A stretch of DNA of 40,824 nucleotides from a virus (taxonomy: Duplodnaviria > Caudoviricetes). How positions within the stretch are numbered: position 1 is the stretch's first letter; the number at the start of each line of letters is the position of its first letter. Under the pieces are notes generated by a model. That model was not told the DNA's origin, did not search any database, and was given only the letters and a program-made list of their open reading frames with translations. Where the stretch lies: positions 1 to 40,824 of the IMG/VR virus record IMGVR_UViG_3300049144_000024. The stretch is one strand, 5' to 3'. This document shows positions 26,540 through 35,306 of the stretch, one piece after another. Both the position numbers and the translations under genes were made by a program.

Positions 26540-26876
26540 AATTCTGACTGCCGCCAGGGCACTCATCCAGGACCCGGCGCACTGGACACAAGGGTCCTTC
26601 GCCCGGGACGAGCACGGCCATGACGTCGATGCTCTAGCTCCCACCGCCCAGTGCTTCTGCGCCTACGGCGCAATCGTGAAGGTCACCAACAAGGACACGC
26701 TGAGGCACAACCCCGCTGGACCGTTCCTGCGCAGTGCCGCTGCCGCTCTGTGTGGCGTCCCGCACCCTGCCGACCTGAACGACGGCGTGAACCACGCCCC
26801 CGGCCTCACCCCGCACCAGGCCGTGCTCAAGATGTTCGATCTCGCAATCGAGGAGGCCAAGAGCCATGACTCCTGA
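26526..26876 (+). CDS. DUF6197-like protein, paralog 2
   Basis: Same pattern; clearly homologous to the preceding gene. Confidence 0.7.
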   Translation: MQPVEILTAARALIQDPAHWTQGSFARDEHGHDVDALAPTAQCFCAYGAIVKVTNKDTLRHNPAGPFLRSAAAALCGVPHPADLNDGVNHAPGLTPHQAVLKMFDLAIEEAKSHDS

Positions 26877-27144
26877 TCAAGTGAAACAGGCCACTGAGTT
26901 GCTCGCAAAGCGGGACAGCCTCCAGGCCCAGTTCGTCCGTCTCGGCCAGGTCCTTCGCTCTGATGCGAACCTGATGGTCTCCGTGACCCCCGTGGGCAAC
27001 ACGCTCACCAGCACGACCTTCTTCGAGACGGACGCCGAGGTCTCGGGTCTCGATGAGCTGCTGTCCGACGTCATCAAAGCCCGCATCGACAATGTCGAGA
27101 GGGACCTCAAGGAACTGGGAGTGAACCTCAATGCTGACCGCTGA
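26866..27144 (+). CDS. Hypothetical protein, 92 aa
   Basis: GAGGAGG upstream; overlapping operon structure. Confidence 0.7.
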   Translation: MTPDQVKQATELLAKRDSLQAQFVRLGQVLRSDANLMVSVTPVGNTLTSTTFFETDAEVSGLDELLSDVIKARIDNVERDLKELGVNLNADR

Positions 27145-27646
27145 ACAACTCGGCATCACGCCGGAAGAACTGCTCGCCCTGCGCCAGGTGCGGGAGCTGC
27201 TGACGAAGCAGCAGCTCCACCACGACGAGCGCATCTATTCCGCCCAGGGTCTCGCCTTCAACATGTCCACCTGTGGCCGTGACACCGAGTGCGGGACCGT
27301 CGCCTGCATCGGCGGCTGGATGCACATCCTGATGGAGGGCACCAAACCGAACGAGCAGGGCTTCTACCTGGTCGACGCCGACCACGCGCAGCAATACGTC
27401 TGCAAGATGGCGAGCGCCCCGCTGTTCCCGCTGTTCTTCCCGATCTATGCGGACGCGGAGCTGCACATCAGCCAGGCCCTCGTCCCCGAGGGCGTCAAGC
27501 TCCTCGACGTGTCGTTCAAGCCAATCACGAGCGAGATGGCCATCCAGGCGATCGACAACTTCCTCACCACGGGCAAGCCCGACTGGTGGTCGATCGTGAA
27601 GGATCACCGAGACATCGTCGACATCGAAGAGGACGACGACCAATGA
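27131..27646 (+). CDS. Phage hypothetical protein, 171 aa
   Basis: FNM...CGTVACIGGW motif; strong codon bias. Confidence 0.75.
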   Translation: MLTAEQLGITPEELLALRQVRELLTKQQLHHDERIYSAQGLAFNMSTCGRDTECGTVACIGGWMHILMEGTKPNEQGFYLVDADHAQQYVCKMASAPLFPLFFPIYADAELHISQALVPEGVKLLDVSFKPITSEMAIQAIDNFLTTGKPDWWSIVKDHRDIVDIEEDDDQ

Positions 27647-27912
27647 CCGGCACCCTCTACCTCACGGCCTACAAGGCCGAGTTCGGCACCGATGGCTCGT
27701 TCAGCTACATGCCGATGAACGCGGACCACAAGGACCAGAAGCCCTGTGCCAACCGCAAGGAGGCTGACGCAGCACTCGACGAGTTCTGCGCCTCTCTCCC
27801 GTTCGGACCCTGGATCGTGTTCGGAACCTGGCGCGGCCCTCGCGGATCCCGCACCCCGCCGGGTCTGAAGAGCATCCCGGAGCGCCGGCTGAACCCGGCG
27901 GCCACCGCGTAG
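27643..27912 (+). CDS. Hypothetical protein, 89 aa
   Basis: ATGA overlap; GAGGA upstream. Confidence 0.7.
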   Translation: MTGTLYLTAYKAEFGTDGSFSYMPMNADHKDQKPCANRKEADAALDEFCASLPFGPWIVFGTWRGPRGSRTPPGLKSIPERRLNPAATA

Positions 27913-27943
27913 CCTCACCGACCCACCACCACTCCGTCTTCGT

Positions 27944-27973
27944 GCCTGCCAAAAATTTTTGGTGGGCTTTTTT
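27944..27973 (+). terminator. Terminator-like hairpin built around palindrome 8
   Basis: GCCTGCC-AAAAATTTTT-GGTGGGC (two G-U pairs) followed by TTTTTT. Confidence 0.55.
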
Positions 27974-28000
27974 AATGTGCAAAATCAAGGAGATACGCAC

Positions 28001-28270
28001 ATGATTCAACGTCCGCTTTCCTACATCGTCCCGCTGATGGCTCGCGTCCTTCAGGCCGTCGCGCCGATGTCCGACCCGGACCGCACCAAGCGTCCCAAGT
28101 ACATCCTCCAGGACCGGGGCGAGCGCCACGTCGTCAGCAAGAGAACCGGCCAGACCGTCCCCATGAAGCACGCGGTGCTGATGAACTACGGCAAGACCTA
28201 CCCGTCGCACGGTGCCAAGCGCGGCCCCAAGAAGATCCCGGTCGTCCCGTTCGGCGTCGCTGCGGAGTAA
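28001..28270 (+). CDS. Hypothetical basic protein, 89 aa
   Basis: AAGGAG upstream. Confidence 0.7.
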   Translation: MIQRPLSYIVPLMARVLQAVAPMSDPDRTKRPKYILQDRGERHVVSKRTGQTVPMKHAVLMNYGKTYPSHGAKRGPKKIPVVPFGVAAE

Positions 28271-28274
28271 TCCG

Positions 28275-28574
28275 ATGAGCCTGCAGCGCAAGATCGACTG
28301 GTCGGCCGCGATGCGGGACATGCGTCAAAGGCCGGCCCCTACCACCAACCCAGACGAGGCGCTCATCGAGCGCCTCCGTCACCTCCCGAACCCCATTCCG
28401 GCGAGCACGCTGACGAAGGAGAGCACCTTCGCCGTCGCCCGTCTCATCCGCTCTGGGTGGCTGGTGCCGAGCACCGTCCCCGGCGAGAGAGGTTTCACGT
28501 TCCATGATCAAGAGCCACGTCAAGGACATCCTCACGCAGATCCCGAAGCACGTCACGATCCGCTTCTTTCATAG
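28275..28574 (+). CDS. Hypothetical protein, 99 aa
   Basis: GGAG upstream; 71 nt overlap with the next gene. Confidence 0.55.
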   Translation: MSLQRKIDWSAAMRDMRQRPAPTTNPDEALIERLRHLPNPIPASTLTKESTFAVARLIRSGWLVPSTVPGERGFTFHDQEPRQGHPHADPEARHDPLLS

Positions 28575-28740
28575 CCAGGTCGGGATGCGCGTCGAGGCGC
28601 AGAACTCGAAGGGCGACTTCGAGACCGTGTCGATCGAAAGCTACGGCGAGACGCTCGACACCCACCGCACCGAACAGGCGTACATCCGCCGGATCGAGGG
28701 CAAGGGCTTCAAGGTAACCGTGGAGCGGGGACATGCCTAG
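28504..28740 (+). CDS. Hypothetical protein, 78 aa
   Basis: GAGGT upstream; coding-like codons. Confidence 0.7.
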   Translation: MIKSHVKDILTQIPKHVTIRFFHSQVGMRVEAQNSKGDFETVSIESYGETLDTHRTEQAYIRRIEGKGFKVTVERGHA

Positions 28741-28960
28741 CCTGGGTCAAATTCACTATTCCGAACGTACCCACGCGGACGCCTGGGGTCGTAACGGCTC
28801 TATGAAACAGGTGGGTCTCGATTTGCGGCACATACAGGCCTCCGATGAGGTTTGGTTGCGCTGCATCAACTCTCTCGGTGACGTGTCCAACTCTGCCCGC
28901 CTCGTCGTGCCCCGCGCACAGGTCCCCGCCCTGATCGAAGCATTGGAGAAGCTGAGATGA
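28733..28960 (+). CDS. Hypothetical protein, 75 aa
   Basis: Overlapping start; GGAG upstream. Confidence 0.65.
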   Translation: MPSLGQIHYSERTHADAWGRNGSMKQVGLDLRHIQASDEVWLRCINSLGDVSNSARLVVPRAQVPALIEALEKLR

Positions 28961-29100
28961 GGTATCTCCTCGCCAAACTCTACTATTGGCTCGCCCTGTG
29001 CAGCACTGGCGAGACACAGGTCGGATACCTGGATCGCAGCCATGACCTCGATCCTCGTGCTGACCCCCATTTTCATCCGGGGGATTACTCAGATGCCTGA
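28957..29100 (+). CDS. Hypothetical protein, 47 aa
   Basis: ATGA overlap; fills a gap; not in the track. Confidence 0.5.
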   Translation: MRYLLAKLYYWLALCSTGETQVGYLDRSHDLDPRADPHFHPGDYSDA

Positions 29101-29305
29101 GGTTGTTCGCTTCAAGGAAGGCCTGCGCGTCAAGTGCGTGGCCCGGTCGACCGGCGTCCCGCTCAACACCACGGGCACGGTCGGCAAGGTCGCCACCATC
29201 GGCGGCAAGTCCATCTTCTGCGACCCCACCCGCAAGATGGTGTTCGTGAACTGGGACAACGGCCAGAAGATGGGCGTGTTCAAGTGGGAATTGGAGAGGG
29301 TGTGA
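29093..29305 (+). CDS. Small beta-barrel-like hypothetical protein, 70 aa
   Basis: FKEGLRVKC...GTV...VFVNWDNG...ELE, SH3-like pattern. Confidence 0.65.
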   Translation: MPEVVRFKEGLRVKCVARSTGVPLNTTGTVGKVATIGGKSIFCDPTRKMVFVNWDNGQKMGVFKWELERV

Positions 29306-29550
29306 TGGCCGACATGATCAACCGAACCCCGCTCCGCGATGCGTTGCTCGCGGCCGGCGTGACCGACGTTCAGGGTCACATGCTCTACCAGGACTACCTG
29401 AACATCATCACCAACATGCACGGCTCCCGCAATCCGATCACGGAAGAGCAGTGGGAGCTGCTGTGCGACATGCTCGGTGGCGACCGCCCGTACTACGCCA
29501 GCAACGTGAAGCAGTGTCTGGAGAACCTGAAGGCGGGGATCTCACCGTGA
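29305..29550 (+). CDS. Hypothetical protein, 81 aa
   Basis: TGATG overlap; GGAGAGGG upstream. Confidence 0.7.
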   Translation: MADMINRTPLRDALLAAGVTDVQGHMLYQDYLNIITNMHGSRNPITEEQWELLCDMLGGDRPYYASNVKQCLENLKAGISP

Positions 29551-29987
29551 GCGAGGACAAGAACGCAGCCTTCCACCGGCTGGCCTCGCAGCGCGTCGAG
29601 AAGTTCGAGGAGGCCTTCAAGATCTTCTCGAACCTGTGCGGCCCGTCCTACCAGCGGACGCCCGACGAGGTCATGGCCTACTTCGCCCGGATCGACGCGG
29701 CCCGCGACAAGGCACTTGCCCGGTTCCAGGAGTGCAAGTGGTGGCGTGACGCGCAGCCCGCCGAAATCGAGCCTCTGGCGCCCATGGAGCCCGAGCCGGT
29801 GCAACCGGACCCGGAGCCCGAAGAAACCGCTCCAGCGCCACCGCAGCGGCCCTCCCGGGCCTCTACGATCGCGGAGCTGCTCCGCAATGCGGAGACCAAC
29901 GAAGTGGAGGCCCTCGCCGAGATGGTCGCCATGCAACGGGAGGTGATCGAACGCCTCCAGGAGAGACTCGATGGAAAAGTTGAATGA
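29547..29987 (+). CDS. Hypothetical protein, 146 aa, with a Pro/Glu linker
   Basis: GTGA overlap; FHRLASQRV...NL...Y. Confidence 0.7.
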   Translation: MSEDKNAAFHRLASQRVEKFEEAFKIFSNLCGPSYQRTPDEVMAYFARIDAARDKALARFQECKWWRDAQPAEIEPLAPMEPEPVQPDPEPEETAPAPPQRPSRASTIAELLRNAETNEVEALAEMVAMQREVIERLQERLDGKVE

Positions 29988-30360
29988 ACCCATGTCCGTC
30001 CGGAGGCTCCGGGACACGGTGGCCTACGAGCACGGCGTCTACACCTGCGACTCGTCGGATGCCAACGAGCTGCTGCGCCACATCGAGCTGCTGACGAAGG
30101 CCTACGTCCTGCTGAAGGCAGCGGAGGTCCCGGCGGCGGCTACCCTCATCAAATTGATCGAGAAGCGGATCGTCCCCGGCGACCGCGTCCTGATCCGAGC
30201 CCAAGGTCACACCATCCGTGGCCTCGTGAAACACGCTCAGCACTGGGATGGTCAGGGCTGGGACCTGGAATACACAATCGAGAATCCACTCCCCGGCCAC
30301 ATCCCCTACGGCCGGTGGAAACAGTGGACCGACGGAGGCGAATTGGAGCTACTGACATGA
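29971..30360 (+). CDS. Hypothetical protein, up to 129 aa
   Basis: ORF track; GGAG upstream. Confidence 0.7.
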   Translation: MEKLNEPMSVRRLRDTVAYEHGVYTCDSSDANELLRHIELLTKAYVLLKAAEVPAAATLIKLIEKRIVPGDRVLIRAQGHTIRGLVKHAQHWDGQGWDLEYTIENPLPGHIPYGRWKQWTDGGELELLT

Positions 30361-30665
30361 TGACCAACACGAGTACCGATACCCTGTTTGTCGACAACAA
30401 GGGCACCACCCTTGCCGACCTCCTCACGATCGAGGACTGCGACCGCGCCCAGGTCTGGCTGACCGACGCGATCGTCTCGATCGAGAACACAGGAGCCACC
30501 ACCCCTGGTGCCCGCAAGGCCCTCCGGTTCCGCCGGCTGGCATTGCAGCGCGTCCAGGAGAAGCGCGCCGACCTCAAGCGCGCTCTGCAGGAGGGATCGC
30601 TCCTGGCTCACATCGAGCGACTTTCGCCTGAGATCGTCGCCGCTGCACGGAGGAGCGTCGCCTAG
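30357..30665 (+). CDS. Hypothetical protein, 102 aa
   Basis: ATGA overlap; GGAG upstream. Confidence 0.7.
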   Translation: MMTNTSTDTLFVDNKGTTLADLLTIEDCDRAQVWLTDAIVSIENTGATTPGARKALRFRRLALQRVQEKRADLKRALQEGSLLAHIERLSPEIVAAARRSVA

Positions 30666-30696
30666 GCCAGCCAGACACACAACCCGAGCCCGCCCG

Positions 30697-30719
30697 ACCC
30701 GCCCAACGGCGGGTTTTTT
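30697..30719 (+). terminator. Rho-independent terminator
   Basis: ACCCGCC-CAAC-GGCGGGT-TTTTT. Confidence 0.8.
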
Positions 30720-30746
30720 GTTGCCCAAAATCCAAGGAACGAACCC

Positions 30747-32807
30747 ATGAAAATGCTCACCGTCGAACACAATCCCCAGTCCAACGGGATGATCGCCAGC
30801 CGCGCGCTTGGCATCTCGAACAAGGCCGCTGCGAAGATCATCTATCAGATCCTCACTGGCCAGGTGTCCGACAAGATTGCGTACCCGATCCGCGAGTACG
30901 CCACGAACGCTTGGGAGGTCTCCCCCGCAGGTAAGCCCTTCGAGGTCGACCTTCCCTCGCGCTTCTCCCCTCGGATCCGCTTCCGCGACTACGGTCCCGG
31001 TCTGTCCCACACCTTCATGATGAACCGCTACGGCGTCATCGGGGACTCGACCAAGGACCAGGACGACAACGCGGTCGGCGGTTGGGGCAACGGCTCGAAG
31101 TCGGCTCTTGCGTACCTCATGCGTGAGGATGGAGCCGGCTCCTACACGGTGCGCTCGTTCTATCGGGGCGTGGTCAGCACCTACACGATCGGCATGAACC
31201 CGCACGGCGGCGTGCTGATCGAGTGCCTGGATCAGTCGCCCACCGACGAGCCGACCGGGCTCGAAGTGTCCTTCCCCGTTCGCGAGGAGGACATCCTGAA
31301 GTTCAACCAGCGGGCCGCCCAGGTCCTCTGGTCCTTCCACCCCTGGCCGGTCATCCGCCCGATGCCCGACTGGAAGCAGCCGAAGGTCCGCATGACCGGC
31401 GAGGGCTGGACCGTGTACGACCCGAGCACGGTTCCGTGGTCCGGGCCTCATGTTCGCATGGGGCCGGTGATGTACCCGATCAATCTCCACAACGTGGAGG
31501 GTGATTTCACCGGCTTCCTGCAGTCGAGCGACTGCGTCCTCTTCGACGCGCCGATCGGCTCCCTCAAGGTGACGTCCAGCCGTGAGCAGCTGGCGTACGA
31601 GGAGCGCACCAAGCGTACCCTCAAGGCCCTGATCGAGAAGTACGAGGGCGGCTTCGTCCAGGACATCCAGAACAAGGTCGAGACGGCCGGGAGCTACTTC
31701 GAGGCCTGCCAGTTCTTCCACGACATGACGGCCTCGTTCGGCGACTATCGCCGGGGCAAGCTCTACGGCAAGATCTCCTGGCGCGGCCACATGGTCTGGG
31801 AGCGGTTCGGCCACAAGGCCATGGCCCTCAACAAAGGCTGGACCACCTTCTCCAAGTTCGACGCGGACGGCGTGGTGTTCACGCACCAGCTCACCGACCG
31901 CCCGATCGTGGTGGAGTATTCCGGCCACCGCTCGCTCGAACGCTTCGAGCAGGCGGGTCTCATCGGCCAGCACCTGCTCTGGGTCCGCGTGAAGAGGCGC
32001 GACCTGCCGAAGTTCCTCGATCAGTACGGCCTCGCGAAGGACGACATCACTGTCCTCGACGAGGTCAAGCTGCCCGAGGGGCCGGCACGGCAGAAGAACA
32101 TGAGGCGTCGCAAGACCCTTGAGTTCGCCACCGAGACCGGGGGTGTGCGTCAGGAGACCAAGCAGATCGACGTCAACGCCGAGCGTCCGGTCGTTCGGGC
32201 CTACACTGGCTACTGGACCCGCCGGGGTGATCTCCGCTTCTACATCGCTCCCGGCCAGAACATGGAGCTGCGCGACCTGCGCCGTCTCAATGAGAAGCTG
32301 CACGAGCTGGGCATCACGATCGAGGACGACGTCCTGGTCATGACCGAGAACGAGGATCTCCAGGACAACTGGACCTGGCTCGGCACGTACCTTGCAGAGC
32401 AGCTCAAGGAGCACCTCGACGTCACGCAGATCTCGGGCGTGACGGAGAAGAACACGAACCACCTGTCGTCCGAGCTTCGGGCGATCGGCTACCACTACCG
32501 GTTCGACGATGCGCCGGCTGACCTGAAGGCGTTCACGGATGACGTCAAGGCTCTCTACCAGCAGCTCAGCGGCACGACTCGTTCCGCCACCGCAAGCGAC
32601 ATTGCGTATTCCGCCCTCAAGATGATGGGCGTCAATCCGCTCGAAGGTGTCGCGCTGCCTGAATGTCCCGTCGTTGCAATGGAGGCCCGCTGGGAAAGCA
32701 TCCAGAAAGAACATCCGATCCTCGACTACATTCTCGACCACAACTCCTATGGGGGAGATCGCGGTCAACAGATGATCAATGCTTACATCCAACTCCTGAA
32801 TAAGTGA
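30747..32807 (+). CDS. rIIA: RIIA-like protein (N-terminal GHKL ATPase)
   Basis: IREYATNA, RDYGPGLS, STK and GGWGNGSKS GHKL motifs; paired with an rIIB-like gene. Confidence 0.85.
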   Translation: MKMLTVEHNPQSNGMIASRALGISNKAAAKIIYQILTGQVSDKIAYPIREYATNAWEVSPAGKPFEVDLPSRFSPRIRFRDYGPGLSHTFMMNRYGVIGDSTKDQDDNAVGGWGNGSKSALAYLMREDGAGSYTVRSFYRGVVSTYTIGMNPHGGVLIECLDQSPTDEPTGLEVSFPVREEDILKFNQRAAQVLWSFHPWPVIRPMPDWKQPKVRMTGEGWTVYDPSTVPWSGPHVRMGPVMYPINLHNVEGDFTGFLQSSDCVLFDAPIGSLKVTSSREQLAYEERTKRTLKALIEKYEGGFVQDIQNKVETAGSYFEACQFFHDMTASFGDYRRGKLYGKISWRGHMVWERFGHKAMALNKGWTTFSKFDADGVVFTHQLTDRPIVVEYSGHRSLERFEQAGLIGQHLLWVRVKRRDLPKFLDQYGLAKDDITVLDEVKLPEGPARQKNMRRRKTLEFATETGGVRQETKQIDVNAERPVVRAYTGYWTRRGDLRFYIAPGQNMELRDLRRLNEKLHELGITIEDDVLVMTENEDLQDNWTWLGTYLAEQLKEHLDVTQISGVTEKNTNHLSSELRAIGYHYRFDDAPADLKAFTDDVKALYQQLSGTTRSATASDIAYSALKMMGVNPLEGVALPECPVVAMEARWESIQKEHPILDYILDHNSYGGDRGQQMINAYIQLLNK

Positions 32808-32815
32808 GGTTTACA

Positions 32816-34492
32816 ATGACTGTTCCGTACAACATCTCTGCCGGCTCGCTCACCTTCTTCGCCAAGGGACGTCCCTGGGACGTCCCGGCCGACCACGAGA
32901 ACTTCGGCGAAATCCGCTCGCTGCTCCTGGCCGGCCAGGCGGACCGTGACCAGCTCGTCGAGCTGGCCGACATCCGCGTGCCGATCATCGAGGCCTCGAA
33001 GGGCCAGCTGGAGTTCCTCGGCGACCAGCTCGTCTACGCGGGTCAGATCCTTCATGGGGTCTGGGTCGACAAGATCCTCGCGTTCAAGGCGGCCGGCGAC
33101 GACTTCGCGGCCATCTTCAACGCCCTGGACGACCTCCAGAAGAACCCGACGCCCCAGGCGATCGAGCGCCTGCCGATCTTCGTCGAGCAGTCCAAGCTCG
33201 GCTTCCTTCCTGACGGCCGGATCACCGGCTTCAAGAAGGTTCGCCACGACTACAAGGACGGCCACACCGGCACGTTCGACAACGCGGTCGGCGCTCACGT
33301 CGAGATCCCGCGCGAGCAGGTCGACCCGGATCCGGATCAGTCCTGCTCGTCGGGCCTCCACATCGGTGCGTTGGGCTACGTGAAGGACTTCGGCTGCGGG
33401 TACGACGACCGGATCATGCTTGTGGCCTTCTGGCCACGCGACGCCGTGGCCGTGCCGAGGGACTACAACGGCTCGAAGCTGCGCGTGACGGCCTACGACG
33501 TCATCGACGAGCTGGACAAGGCCTACGTGGACGAGTTCCTCGGCCGCAACCAGACCGTGGTGCGTGGTTATGTGCCCGAGACCCCGGCCGCCCCGGTCGA
33601 GCCGCCGGCTCCGGAGCCCGAGGCCGCCCAGGTTGCCCAGGTCGGCGACAAGGTGCTCGTGGACAACATGGTCTTCGAGTTCGAGGACACCGTTGTCGAG
33701 GTCGTCGCGATCGACCCCGAGGCTGATTCCGACACGCGCCTCAAGGTGAAGGATCCGGATGATACCAAGGGTTGGGTCAACAACGATGACGTCGTCGCCG
33801 TCGTCACGAACATGCCGGCCTTCCTGGCGCAGGAGGGTGACCAGGTCGTGATCAAAGGTGACAGCTCGGTCCACGACGGCACATACACGGTTGAGCAGAT
33901 CGACGTCCACGTCACGACCCTCAAAGACGCCCGCGTGCAGGTCATCGTGCCAGCCGAGGACGAGGACGGGTACGACGAGTACGAGTGGGTCCTGAACAAG
34001 TCGGTGGTCGACGTGCTGCGCAACGACGTGTCGATCCTTCCGAAGGCCGAGGCCGAGGAGGAGCCCGCTCCCGTCGAGGACCAGGGCTATACCGGGGCCG
34101 ACGCCTACGCCCTCGCCAGCCTCGGCGACTTAGTGAAGCTCGAAGGCCACGCCTGGCTCGAACCCGGCTGGTTCGAGGTGACGCAGGTCTCGACCTACGT
34201 CGACCCGATGCAGCGCCTCCAGATCCGGACGCCCTACAGCGGCAACGTGTGGGTGAACAACGAGCTGGTGAAGGGCCTGAAGCACGCCCAGGCACCGGTT
34301 GCGCTGGAGGCCTGGCAGGCGGCGAAGGTCGGCGACACGGTGCGGATCGAGGGCTCGATGTTCCTCGCGGACGGCGAGTACGTCGTGACCCGGATCGACG
34401 ACGGGTCCATCAACAACCTGCGGGTCGCTGTCCGGACCGTCGATCGTGAAGTCTACTGGGTTCACAACGGCGTCGTGAAGTCGATCGTCTAG
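32816..34492 (+). CDS. rIIB: RIIB-like protein with four C-terminal repeats
   Basis: PDGRITGFKKV..DYKD.HTGTFDN.VG..V...R..VD.DP...CSSGLH motif; ATG after GAGGT. Confidence 0.85.
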   Translation: MTVPYNISAGSLTFFAKGRPWDVPADHENFGEIRSLLLAGQADRDQLVELADIRVPIIEASKGQLEFLGDQLVYAGQILHGVWVDKILAFKAAGDDFAAIFNALDDLQKNPTPQAIERLPIFVEQSKLGFLPDGRITGFKKVRHDYKDGHTGTFDNAVGAHVEIPREQVDPDPDQSCSSGLHIGALGYVKDFGCGYDDRIMLVAFWPRDAVAVPRDYNGSKLRVTAYDVIDELDKAYVDEFLGRNQTVVRGYVPETPAAPVEPPAPEPEAAQVAQVGDKVLVDNMVFEFEDTVVEVVAIDPEADSDTRLKVKDPDDTKGWVNNDDVVAVVTNMPAFLAQEGDQVVIKGDSSVHDGTYTVEQIDVHVTTLKDARVQVIVPAEDEDGYDEYEWVLNKSVVDVLRNDVSILPKAEAEEEPAPVEDQGYTGADAYALASLGDLVKLEGHAWLEPGWFEVTQVSTYVDPMQRLQIRTPYSGNVWVNNELVKGLKHAQAPVALEAWQAAKVGDTVRIEGSMFLADGEYVVTRIDDGSINNLRVAVRTVDREVYWVHNGVVKSIV

Positions 34493-34512
34493 TCCCACCC
34501 ACAACTGAACGT

Positions 34513-34546
34513 CACGAAGCCCCGCCCCGTGCGGGGCTTCGTGTTT
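34513..34546 (+). terminator. Rho-independent terminator
   Basis: CACGAAGCCCCGC-CCCGT-GCGGGGCTTCGTG-TTT. Confidence 0.75.
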
Positions 34547-34560
34547 CTGGAGCCCTGCAC

Positions 34561-34659
34561 ATGCAGATCATCACCCTCGTCGACGACGAGCTGATCGACG
34601 CCTTCGTTGCGAAGGACGATCCCGAGATCGACGCCCTCCTGAAGGAGTACGGACTATGA
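34561..34659 (+). CDS. Small acidic protein, 32 aa
   Basis: GGAG upstream; ATGA overlap with the next gene; not in the track. Confidence 0.55.
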   Translation: MQIITLVDDELIDAFVAKDDPEIDALLKEYGL

Positions 34660-34832
34660 AGAAGAAACAAGGCTTCGCCGCCATGTCGAAGGACCGCCAG
34701 CGCGAGATTGCCAGCCTCGGCGGCAGGTCCATCCCTGCCGAGAAGCGGTCATTCTCGACCAACCGCGAACTCGCCCGCACCGCCGGTAGCAAGGGAGGGT
34801 CCGCCAATGCGCGTCCTGCGATCGTTCGCTGA
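34656..34832 (+). CDS. KGG-repeat general stress protein, 58 aa
   Basis: GFAAMSKDRQREIASLGG...RSFSTNRELARTAGSKGG; AAGGAG upstream; not in the track. Confidence 0.88.
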   Translation: MKKKQGFAAMSKDRQREIASLGGRSIPAEKRSFSTNRELARTAGSKGGSANARPAIVR

Positions 34833-35106
34833 CCTCAAGGGCTACGTGCCCCCGTCCGCCCACGACATCGCCGCCAAGATCAGCGGCCTCGCCAGCAACA
34901 CCGACCTACCCATCGAGTCCTGGGCACAGTTGGTGATCGATTGCTTCCCGGTCGGCGGCTACGAGCAGTTCCGCCAGATCGATGAGTACCCCGGCCGGTT
35001 CCAATACTGCGCCGACCGCTTCTGGATGCTGCGCCGGGTGCGCAACCACCCGGAGTGGGGTCCTCGCCTGTTTGCTCGCCTGAGGGGAGAGACGCCATGC
35101 GAATGA
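34807..35106 (+). CDS. Hypothetical protein, 99 aa
   Basis: GGAGGG upstream. Confidence 0.7.
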   Translation: MRVLRSFADLKGYVPPSAHDIAAKISGLASNTDLPIESWAQLVIDCFPVGGYEQFRQIDEYPGRFQYCADRFWMLRRVRNHPEWGPRLFARLRGETPCE

Positions 35107-35306
35107 ACCTTCAACGGGCCGGCTGGGCCGAAGAATGCCTCGACACGTTCCGCGACCTCACGGGTGCGGAGAAGGAGGATGCGCAGGACCTGGGCGATCT
35201 GCTCGCCAACCTCCTGCACGCCGCCCGTAAGCGCGGCCTCGATCCGCTCAAGGAGCTTGAGGACGCGAAGGACATGTTCCTGGTCGAGGAGGCGGACGAT
35301 GAGTAG
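35097..35306 (+). CDS. Phage hypothetical protein, about 69 aa
   Basis: N..RA...DLLANLLH pattern; GGAG upstream. Confidence 0.7.
   Translation: MRMNLQRAGWAEECLDTFRDLTGAEKEDAQDLGDLLANLLHAARKRGLDPLKELEDAKDMFLVEEADDE

Larger units (their letters stand above)
20673..27962. repeat. Dispersed 14 bp palindrome CCAAAAATTTTTGG, 8 copies
   Basis: Exact at 20673, 21580, 22083, 22666, 23121, 26193 and 27949; one mismatch at 24889; all intergenic. Confidence 0.97.

Noticed and set aside
20673-27962. CRISPR array or classical integron reading of the palindrome repeats
   Set aside because: The repeat is only 14 bp with 0.45-1.8 kb gene-containing gaps; no cas genes, no attC-like RYYYAAC/GTTRRRY stems, and the integrase looks like an ordinary phage integrase
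30306-33910. 828 aa and 375 aa minus-strand ORFs
   Set aside because: Shadows of rIIA and rIIB
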